Below are positions 56,852 to 64,000 of a stretch of DNA of 64,000 nt, piece by piece (within the stretch, counting starts at the first letter, position 1; each line of letters begins with the position of its first letter). Source of the DNA: Candidatus Saccharimonadales bacterium (GTDB lineage: Bacteria; Patescibacteriota; Saccharimonadia; Saccharimonadales; Saccharimonadaceae); the NCBI GenBank assembly GCA_049286925.1, contig JBAQEV010000017.1, positions 285 to 64,284 of the forward strand, written 5' to 3'. The position numbers and the translations under genes are program-made. The notes beneath the pieces are model-generated. The model ran no database searches and was not told the origin of the DNA. It saw only the letters and a program-made list of their open reading frames with translations.

Positions 56852-56878
56852 CTGGCACTCAGTGTCAACGAGTGCCAA
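56852..56878. promoter_or_regulatory. CIRCE-like operator upstream of hrcA
   Basis: CTGGCACTC-AGTGTCAAC-GAGTGCCAA (variant of TTAGCACTC-N9-GAGTGCTAA). Confidence 0.7.
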
Positions 56879-56882
56879 GATG

Positions 56883-56954
56883 GCTATTGGCTATTGGAAT
56901 TTAGCTATTGGCGAGATTTGTGCTGCCATATTCTAATAGCCACATTCCAATAGC
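56883..56954. promoter_or_regulatory. Cluster of GCTATTGG motifs (3 direct, 2 inverted) in the hrcA / kinase divergent region
   Basis: GCTATTGG occurs at 56883, 56890 and 56904. The inverted CCAATAGC occurs at 56947, with a near copy at 56934. GCTATTGGAAT / ATTCCAATAGC form an 11-bp perfect inverted repeat. Confidence 0.45.
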
Positions 56955-56986
56955 ACCCAGTTATTCTAACTGCTATACTTAGGTGA

Positions 56987-57607
56987 ATGAATAACGACGA
57001 AAAAATTGTCGCAATAAAAGACTGGCTCGGATCGGGATCGATTAATATATTTGGCCGTCCTTTTTCAGGTAAAGATACACAGGGTGCTCGCCTAGCAGAA
57101 TTACTCAATACTCGAATGATTGGTGGTGGCGAGGTATTGCGCAGCAATAATATACCAAAGCGCGCCTTAGAATGCTTACATACTGGAAAACTCATCCCGA
57201 CCGAAGATTATATCAATATTGTCCTGCCTTTTTTGTCACAGTCCAGCTTAGTCGGCAAACCACTTGTTCTCAGCTCTATTGGACGTTGGAAAGGTGAAGA
57301 ACAAGGCGTTATCAAGGCGCTTTCAGAGTCCTTACACCAGCTAAAAGCCGTAGTTTATCTGGATATATCGACTGATGACTCTTTTAATCGGTGGAAGGCC
57401 CTAGGAATTGTCAAGGACCGCCAAAATCGCCAAGACGATACCGAAGAAGTATTAAAAACTCGCTTTGACGAGTTTCAGCAAAAGACGATTCCGGTTATCG
57501 AATACTACCGTATGGTTGGGTTATTAATCGAAATTGACGGCACACGGACGCGCGAAGAAGTTAACCAAGACATAATTGACGCTCTTTATAGTCGCGCAAC
57601 CAATTAA
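56987..57607 (+). CDS. Adenylate-kinase-like nucleoside monophosphate kinase
   Basis: P-loop variant GRPFSGKDTQ and an ADK-like LID-less layout. Specificity is unknown. Confidence 0.65.
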   Translation: MNNDEKIVAIKDWLGSGSINIFGRPFSGKDTQGARLAELLNTRMIGGGEVLRSNNIPKRALECLHTGKLIPTEDYINIVLPFLSQSSLVGKPLVLSSIGRWKGEEQGVIKALSESLHQLKAVVYLDISTDDSFNRWKALGIVKDRQNRQDDTEEVLKTRFDEFQQKTIPVIEYYRMVGLLIEIDGTRTREEVNQDIIDALYSRATN

Positions 57608-57612
57608 TAAGA

Positions 57613-58089
57613 CTAGACCTTTCGTGGTTTTCGATGCTGAGGTTTGCACGACCCAAATCTACGATCAAATATATCCCCTCCCCAAAAACCCAGCGTCATT
57701 GCAACAGCAACAATATACAATGGCACAGGCGTTATAAACCAGATTACATTTGATGTTTTTGTCTCATCAGGAACAGTCACCTGTCCATTATCAGGCACGG
57801 TTGCACTAATTGACACAGATCCACTATCTGCTATTGCCCGCACGGCATTATCGCCTATCAACAGAAAAAAGCCAATAAATATCAAAATCATAACCAAAGC
57901 CAAATGAGATGTGTGCCAATAATGTATAAGCTTGCCGGTATGTTTATGCTCGACTAATCTGAAATGACGTAGTCCAACCCATTTAGTATTAGCCAAAATC
58001 ACTGCATGCGAAGTTGATCTAGTTCGTTTATTAATTCTTTGCGTTTTTATGTTTTTGGTTGATTGAGCTTTCATTTTTTGCTTTTTCAA
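57613..58089 (-). CDS. Small membrane protein (His-rich basic N-terminus, 2 TM)
   Basis: LRHFRLVEHKHTGKLIHYWHTSH followed by TM helices. Its start region overlaps the 3' end (stop region) of the upstream gene 58031..59041 by 59 nt, so the start is uncertain. Confidence 0.5.
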   Translation of the reverse strand: MKKQKMKAQSTKNIKTQRINKRTRSTSHAVILANTKWVGLRHFRLVEHKHTGKLIHYWHTSHLALVMILIFIGFFLLIGDNAVRAIADSGSVSISATVPDNGQVTVPDETKTSNVIWFITPVPLYIVAVAMTLGFWGGDIFDRRFGSCKPQHRKPRKV

Positions 58090-59041
58090 TTATGTGTCTA
58101 TTATACACTTTTATCATGCGCGACAAAATATAGATAATAGTTCCCAACATGAATAATACGATCAGAATTAGCTTATACGGTATAACCCAAAAATAAATCG
58201 TACCCGTTATCGCTTGGCCTGTAGTACCGTAACCTAGCGTCAGATTCGCCGTATAACGACCAATCATCCATCCACTTTTATATTGCGTTTCAAATCGTCG
58301 GATACTACTAGGCAAAACGTTTGATTGATCATCTCCAACGCTTAATTTCGTAACAAAATTACCGAACATATCGCGGATTTCAATATTGCCAATTGGTTTT
58401 ATATAAATATTGCCCTCATTTTTGATTCGGGTAACAAATGTAATTGGACTATTCTCGAAAAATGAACTTTGCTTGTCATTCAGAGCAGAATAAAATGACG
58501 CAAGACCAGCTTTTTCGGTGATAGCTCCGTCAACTCGAATCAACAACAACACTCCGGCACTAGCATTTAATCCTACACTATTACCCGACAATTCAGGCGT
58601 TGTTCCAGAAAAACTTATAACGCCATAATGTCCGCCCGGTTCGGCATCATTCGGAATAGTCACATTTACATTAACAACTCGCGACTTGTGAGCCGTTAAT
58701 GTAAATTGTGGAATTTCGTCAACCCAGGTTATTATCGAAGCCGTTGCTGGCAATTTACTATCCAAAATAATATACGGCGAACCGCTCTCGTCCGCCGAGT
58801 CAAAGTCATTAACTAATGAACTATACACTAAATCCGATGCCGTAACGTTCATAACTTTTAGTGTTAAATTGTAGGTTTTGCCCTTGGACGCATTAAGCTC
58901 AACCAAGGTCGGACTAATCTCGATGCCCTGTGCGGCGTTAGTAACTATTGCTTGAGCGTTAACACGCGTAACAACAAATCCACTAATCATTATTATGGCG
59001 GCTAAGCTTAATGAGATTCTTAACAGCCGCATATGTTTCAT
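58031..59041 (-). CDS. DUF916/DUF3324-like cell-surface protein
   Basis: Signal peptide, IEISPTLVELNASKGKTYNLTLKVMN, AEPGGHYGVISFSG, a second Ig-like half, then a C-terminal TM helix and a basic tail. Confidence 0.65.
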   Translation of the reverse strand: MKHMRLLRISLSLAAIIMISGFVVTRVNAQAIVTNAAQGIEISPTLVELNASKGKTYNLTLKVMNVTASDLVYSSLVNDFDSADESGSPYIILDSKLPATASIITWVDEIPQFTLTAHKSRVVNVNVTIPNDAEPGGHYGVISFSGTTPELSGNSVGLNASAGVLLLIRVDGAITEKAGLASFYSALNDKQSSFFENSPITFVTRIKNEGNIYIKPIGNIEIRDMFGNFVTKLSVGDDQSNVLPSSIRRFETQYKSGWMIGRYTANLTLGYGTTGQAITGTIYFWVIPYKLILIVLFMLGTIIYILSRMIKVYNRHIIEKAKNESSINQKHKNAKN

Positions 59042-60090
59042 TAAAAGTTAGCTGTTGCCGTATAGGTTAGAATTGTTGAGTACGCACCAGCCGCGGTCGC
59101 ACCGTCTATATTGGCAATATAGCTGGTTGTAAAGACATTACTGTTGGTTGGGACTGTGGCAGATGCAATAACATCGCCAGTGGTGAGAAACTTGAAACTA
59201 TTAGCTGTACCGTAGCCTGTCGCTGGCGCACCAGAGCCACTACCAGATACACTAGAGCCAATTGCAGGGGTTGTATTTAGCATAAGGTTCATACCAAACT
59301 GTTTACTATTCATGACCGAAGCAGCCCCCGCCATCGCTGTAATCGTATTCGTACCAGACGTTAATGTGGTACCGCTATAACTGACCGAATAGCCAGTCGC
59401 CGAGTTAGTCGCAACGGTCATCGACGATGTTCCTGTCCCAGTGGCACCCGTGGAAAGCGTGCCTAATGCAACGGTGGCATTGGCAAGCGTAAAGGTTAAT
59501 GTTTCATCAACAGATGCAGTGACTGTAATCTGACCGGCAGTTGAAGCGGCAACCGCACCAGTATCAATAACTGCAGTCCAAGCAGCATCAGAATATGTAG
59601 TTATACGCATAAAAAATGTAGAGTTAGTCGCACTCGGATTAGTAACCATCGAAAAACCGACTGTTTGGCTACCGGTTGGTGCCGCCACATTACCTGATTT
59701 AGACAAACGTAGTTCACCAACAGTCGCGTTATTTATCGTCCAACCGGACACATCACCCAAATTAGTTGGTTGAGCAGTTAAAGTTGCATTGCTTGCCGAA
59801 AAACCAGGTACTGGCGTGCAAACACCACTAGCAGTCGTACAAGCGACAAACCCTGCCGATTGAATCACGGTTGCCGATGGAACCGTAAATGTAAACGAAT
59901 AAGTCGTACTGGCGCTTGCCACCGAACTACCGATCGTGACCTTGCGTCCAGTAATCTCGGCTGCATTAGCAATATTTGGATAATAAGAAAACAACAAAAT
60001 CATAGCGAAAAGCGCGTAACCAATTCGTTTTGATATCAATATAATTTTCATCTTATCCACTCCAAGTTTTACAACGACCCATAGCACCAC
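59041..60090 (-). CDS. WxL-like secreted surface protein (349 aa)
   Basis: Signal peptide, Thr/Ser/Ala/Gly-rich beta repeats, and a C-terminal AAGAYSTILTYTATANF that resembles the terminal WxL motif with Tyr in place of Trp. Confidence 0.55.
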   Translation of the reverse strand: MVLWVVVKLGVDKMKIILISKRIGYALFAMILLFSYYPNIANAAEITGRKVTIGSSVASASTTYSFTFTVPSATVIQSAGFVACTTASGVCTPVPGFSASNATLTAQPTNLGDVSGWTINNATVGELRLSKSGNVAAPTGSQTVGFSMVTNPSATNSTFFMRITTYSDAAWTAVIDTGAVAASTAGQITVTASVDETLTFTLANATVALGTLSTGATGTGTSSMTVATNSATGYSVSYSGTTLTSGTNTITAMAGAASVMNSKQFGMNLMLNTTPAIGSSVSGSGSGAPATGYGTANSFKFLTTGDVIASATVPTNSNVFTTSYIANIDGATAAGAYSTILTYTATANF

Positions 60091-60123
60091 TGAACAACGC
60101 CTAGATGCTATAATAACATAAGC

Positions 60124-60666
60124 GTGAAAAAAAATATGTTGTATCTTTTGTCCACAATAATCGCCGTTGCGATTTTGGCATCATCAGTTGGTTATGCCCA
60201 GCCGTACGGCAAAGGTGTTTATGACGCAAATGTACCGTATGGCAACCAAACATCACTCTCGATCGCAACTAATGGCAATATTAATATCCCAATTACGCCG
60301 ACAATTGCTGGCGTATTGGCTACTGGTACTAGCACTATAACTGTCACGTCAACCGACGTTATGGGATATCAGCTTTATATTAGAGCACTTGATAATACAA
60401 ATATGAACAACCTAGGGTCACTACTGCCTGCATCAGCCAACGTTTCGCCCGCGTCATTGACTGTCAACACCTGGGGTTATAATACCGACGCATCAACAAA
60501 CTTTACTGGCATCACATTAAATGACGTGCTGATTCACTCGATTACCACACCGGCATCAACTGGCGACATTACGAACATAACATACGGCGTTAAACTGGAT
60601 ATGGCAAAGCCCGCTGGGAAATATACGGCGAATATCGTCTATACTGCCGTTCCTCAAACCGATTAA
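60124..60666 (+). CDS. Small WxL-like secreted protein (180 aa)
   Basis: Signal peptide. The C-terminus PAGKYTANIVYTAVPQTD follows the same pattern as the 59041..60090 protein. Confidence 0.55.
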   Translation: MKKNMLYLLSTIIAVAILASSVGYAQPYGKGVYDANVPYGNQTSLSIATNGNINIPITPTIAGVLATGTSTITVTSTDVMGYQLYIRALDNTNMNNLGSLLPASANVSPASLTVNTWGYNTDASTNFTGITLNDVLIHSITTPASTGDITNITYGVKLDMAKPAGKYTANIVYTAVPQTD

Positions 60667-61538
60667 CGTTTACTTAATCGTCTGTACACTAATCTAATAA
60701 TTGCCATACCGACAACAATAAATATCAAGATTACCGCTGGTGGTACATATAGTATATATCGTATCTTGGTTGTTGCAGGCGTATCACCTAGCCCAATCAT
60801 ATAAATAACTTTATAAATCCCCGGAAATTGAGGCAATGGCAATATATCAGGCACCAATCGAACAGTGCCAGGTAATATCAATACATCACCTGAATTACTG
60901 GCAACTACGCCACCCCATAAGTTCGTTATATCGACATTATAACGACTATGAAAATGCGTCGTGCCTGTATTTTGCAACGCCATGCTCCAAACGCTTTTGC
61001 CACTTACCGCCCACGGTGAAACTAATGAAATCAGATGACCTGTTCGCGATACATCCCCCAAAACTGTAATATATAAAAGCGATGCAATGCGCTGACGCGA
61101 GCTTACAGAACCGTCCGACGCCAAAATATCAGTACTAACAAATAAACTAATGTATTGTCCACTGGGTTCAGCCGACAATGGCACACTAACATTGTAATGT
61201 ATATTTTTCGTCTGATTTGCTGTTAAATTAACCGTGGAAGAACTAAACCTTACCCATTTCGTTATATCCGAATCAATCGTAAACGCATAATCGTATTGTT
61301 GATTAATCACATTGAACTCTTGTGCGTCAAAACTCACCGTCATTGATTTATCGGTTGAATTCGTCACCATCAACGTACCATCCAGCGATGTGCCTGGCGT
61401 GATTTGCAATTCACTTCGGAGTGGTGATACGGTTAAACCCTTAGGCTCTGTTGATGTAACAGCTTGGACCGGCATCGTATTGCAATATACCGCAAATAAA
61501 AAGATAAAAAAACAAATGTAATTACAGTATCTACTCAT
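60663..61538 (-). CDS. Second DUF916-like surface protein (291 aa)
   Basis: Signal peptide, LTVSPLRSELQITPGTSLDGTLMVTN, AEPSGQYISLFV, C-terminal TM helix and basic tail. Confidence 0.6.
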   Translation of the reverse strand: MSRYCNYICFFIFLFAVYCNTMPVQAVTSTEPKGLTVSPLRSELQITPGTSLDGTLMVTNSTDKSMTVSFDAQEFNVINQQYDYAFTIDSDITKWVRFSSSTVNLTANQTKNIHYNVSVPLSAEPSGQYISLFVSTDILASDGSVSSRQRIASLLYITVLGDVSRTGHLISLVSPWAVSGKSVWSMALQNTGTTHFHSRYNVDITNLWGGVVASNSGDVLILPGTVRLVPDILPLPQFPGIYKVIYMIGLGDTPATTKIRYILYVPPAVILIFIVVGMAIIRLVYRRLSKR

Positions 61539-61635
61539 ACAGATTGGCTAATGCCACTAGATTAAGCCAATGATTATCGAGCGTGCCCTTTATATTTAAT
61601 TCTTTGATGTCATTCATTCCCATTGTTTTATATCA

Positions 61636-63849
61636 TTAAACTATTTGGACTCTTGTTAATACTCCCGATACGTTGAGCGTAATATACAGATGCCCATTTG
61701 TTCCGTCATCCGTAAACTCGACTGCTCCTAACTCGGGAGTGGCTAGGAGCTCGCCAGGGGTTAATTTCAAAGGTGCTGTGCCTGCAGTGGCTGTGCCTGC
61801 TGGGATATGAAGTTTAGCGGTTGGAGCATCTATTCCAATTCCTACATTTCCAAATAATCTAGTAATAGTGTGGTCTGTGTTTCCTAAAACTATTGTATTT
61901 GAGCCAAGCCCAAGTGCACCTTTACCTATAACGATTGCGTTTGTTTCATTATTAGCTAGTGCTTTCGTGTTCTGACCAATATAAATTCCATAACTCGGTA
62001 CTGTTAAATTTCCTCCTCCTGCCAATGAATTACCAGAAGAATTGCCAATGAATATATTATATAAACCACCAGTTATGAATCTACCAGCGTTATTTCCAAG
62101 CATTGTATCTCCATAACTTGAAATAGCAGAAGCTCCTGCCAAATCTCCCATGATAGTATTGTAACTCCCAGTTGTCAGAGAATACCCAGCTTGACCGAAT
62201 ATATTATTACCAGCTCCTGTTGTTATATATCTACCAGCATTAGTTCCAAATAAAGATGTCCTAGTCGCTGGTAAGCCTCCACTAGCTAATAACGCTCCGC
62301 CTGCATTAGCACCCATAGCGACTAAATTATTGTCTATAATCATTGCTTGAACACCAGCTTTTGTAATATATTTTGTTGTAGTGTCAACCTTGTAAAATTG
62401 TCCTGCTTGACCTGTCAATGAAGCGTCTGGTGTTGTATCAGTATAAGTTGTTGCTGTATTATTATTGATTGTTGCTAGATAATATTGATTATCATTAGAA
62501 GCACCAACTTTTGTTCTATAAATTTTCCTAGCTGTGACATCTGGGTCTGTCGATACTGGAATACCTGTAAGATTCACAACTTGATTTCCAGCTGTTGTTG
62601 TCACTAACAATGGTGTTCCACTTGCAAAGCCAGTAGTCCCAGAGGCAGTCACATAAGCTACAATATAATAATAATTACCAATCTCCAAGCTTGTTCCAGC
62701 TGATAATGTATAGCCTCCGATTGCAACTGCTGGCGTCACAGGATTAAAATTAAATCCGATTCTTGAGCTTATTAAATCAGTCGAAGCAGAACCTCTAATA
62801 TCTAATTTATATGCTGGCGTTGCCGTTCCAATACCGACGTTGGCATTTATCGCTAATGTCTGATTAGCTGGCAGTGCCGCCATTACTCCATAAAGAATAG
62901 CGTTGGTTGCTTCGGTGGCTGTGTCCGCTCGTTGCTGGTTATCTATGATTAAAAGATTTGAGTTTGTTGTTTGTCGACTACCTGCATAATATCCAATAAA
63001 TACATTACTGTTTCCAGAAGTTAAAGATGTACCAGAGTATGTTCCCAGTGCCATATTATATGAGCCTTTTGAGTCGTGTAATGTACTATATCCCATCGCA
63101 ACATTGAATGTCCCTGCAAGATTACTGTATAAAGCGGCTCCACCCAAAGCTGTATTATTTGACCCAGTAGTGTTTGAGAACATAGACATATAACCAAGCG
63201 CGAAATTACCACCGCCAGAAGTGTTATATGCTAAACTGTCATTACCAATAGCTGTATTCATATAGCCTAATGTATTTCTAGATAAAGCGGAACTACCAAT
63301 CCCAATATTATTACTTGCAGATTGACTCCAGGTAGCAGTTGACCCCATTGTTAAATTACCAGCATTTATTCCAATAAAGGTATTCCTTCCTAATGGAACT
63401 ACTGTTTGACCAGTCGGGTGATGAAAGTTGTGCAAAAATGTATAAGCACCTTTATAAATAACTCCTGAAGTTGCCGTGGTTGTATCATCTAAATGAATAG
63501 AGCCTACTATATCTAAAGCTTGACTTGGTGTTGTTGTTCCTATTCCTACCCTCTTATTTGTATCATCCCAAAACATTTCAGAAGTTTCCGTGTAAGTCCA
63601 ATCAGTCCCGTTCCAGAAAGTCATCTGACCTGCGGTTGTTCCATTGTCTAACAAAGTAATAATTGATGACCAATCAGAACCATTATAAATATAGGCCAAA
63701 TTTAAATCACTTCGATAAAACCATTGTCCTACTGCCGGTGAGGCTGGAAATGTTGCCCCGTTGTCGCAGACCATTGCCACTGCTTTAAACTTTGCAAAGT
63801 CTTGGTCTGATGTACTTGGATTAGTTGTGATTTTACGCCTAGTAGCCAT
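61636..63849 (-). CDS. Tail-fibre-like / beta-helical repeat protein (737 aa, no signal peptide seen)
   Basis: N-terminal FWDDTNKRVGIGTTTPSQALDIVGSI. Many short repeats of the NxAxGxxAL type. C-terminal AGTATAGTAPLKLTPGELLATPELGAVEF. AGGAG RBS. Confidence 0.75.
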   Translation of the reverse strand: MATRRKITTNPSTSDQDFAKFKAVAMVCDNGATFPASPAVGQWFYRSDLNLAYIYNGSDWSSIITLLDNGTTAGQMTFWNGTDWTYTETSEMFWDDTNKRVGIGTTTPSQALDIVGSIHLDDTTTATSGVIYKGAYTFLHNFHHPTGQTVVPLGRNTFIGINAGNLTMGSTATWSQSASNNIGIGSSALSRNTLGYMNTAIGNDSLAYNTSGGGNFALGYMSMFSNTTGSNNTALGGAALYSNLAGTFNVAMGYSTLHDSKGSYNMALGTYSGTSLTSGNSNVFIGYYAGSRQTTNSNLLIIDNQQRADTATEATNAILYGVMAALPANQTLAINANVGIGTATPAYKLDIRGSASTDLISSRIGFNFNPVTPAVAIGGYTLSAGTSLEIGNYYYIVAYVTASGTTGFASGTPLLVTTTAGNQVVNLTGIPVSTDPDVTARKIYRTKVGASNDNQYYLATINNNTATTYTDTTPDASLTGQAGQFYKVDTTTKYITKAGVQAMIIDNNLVAMGANAGGALLASGGLPATRTSLFGTNAGRYITTGAGNNIFGQAGYSLTTGSYNTIMGDLAGASAISSYGDTMLGNNAGRFITGGLYNIFIGNSSGNSLAGGGNLTVPSYGIYIGQNTKALANNETNAIVIGKGALGLGSNTIVLGNTDHTITRLFGNVGIGIDAPTAKLHIPAGTATAGTAPLKLTPGELLATPELGAVEFTDDGTNGHLYITLNVSGVLTRVQIV

Positions 63850-63857
63850 TTGTTCTC

Positions 63858-64000
63858 CTACACCGTTAAAAAGAAATCTGTTCCGTCATATTCTATCGTT
63901 CCCGATTCGGGTGTGTCCAAAAGTGGGCCCGAAGTAAATTTAATTGGTGCCGTACCGGCCGTTGTTGTACCGGGCTGAAGTGTGATGTGTTGATGTCCAC
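63858..64000 (-). CDS. 3' end of a paralogous tail-fibre-like gene (partial, cut by window edge)
   Basis: Translates to ...LQPGTTTAGTAPIKFTSGPLLDTPESGTIEYDGTDFFLTV*. It shares the C-terminal motif of the 61636..63849 protein. Confidence 0.65.
   Translation of the reverse strand, partial: GHQHITLQPGTTTAGTAPIKFTSGPLLDTPESGTIEYDGTDFFLTV

Noticed and set aside
56905-57195. 96-aa ORF on the minus strand
   Set aside because: It covers the GCTATTGG motif cluster and is antisense to the start of the kinase gene. There is no RBS.

Overview
This is a 64-kb chromosomal window from an AT-rich bacterium with a monoderm-type envelope. The gene content suggests a Patescibacteria/CPR (Saccharibacteria-like) genome, but that is inference only. 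Supporting content includes a Gram-positive-style type IV pilus operon without a secretin, many prepilin-type proteins, MurT/GatD, RNase Y, short TsaB and HrcA, and lamin-tail and tail-fibre-like surface proteins.

The core content is glyA, an HTH-MurA fusion, murT-gatD, rny, tsaBE and pilBCMNO. It also includes recA-recX, ruvABC, comEC, a rimK trio and a CIRCE-controlled hrcA-grpE...dnaK-dnaJ region. There are five tRNAs: Gly, His, Arg, Pro and Lys.

The clearest accessory region is a ~7.3-kb island (about 15279..22615) next to tRNA-Pro. It carries a large serine recombinase whose ORF reads across the junction, an excisionase-type HTH and secreted cell-wall-type cargo. It also carries two translationally coupled gene pairs, each joining an RNxxxH (HEPN-type motif) protein to a membrane protein. 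These pairs are my best candidate for an undescribed defence/toxin system.

Other points worth a second look:
- Three GC-rich structured non-coding regions beside tRNA genes each contain a copy of a tRNA variable-loop/T-arm segment (for His and Lys the adjacent tRNA, for Pro the tRNA at the far end of the island). One of them looks tmRNA-like.
- A (CACCTAC)6 microsatellite lies in the glyA/murA divergent region.
- A pilin-SUMF1 fusion is inserted in the heat-shock gene region.
- A WxL/DUF916-like surface-complex locus is followed by tail-fibre-like paralogs.

No rRNA, CRISPR array or transposase was seen. All family assignments come from reading motifs by eye, not from searches.
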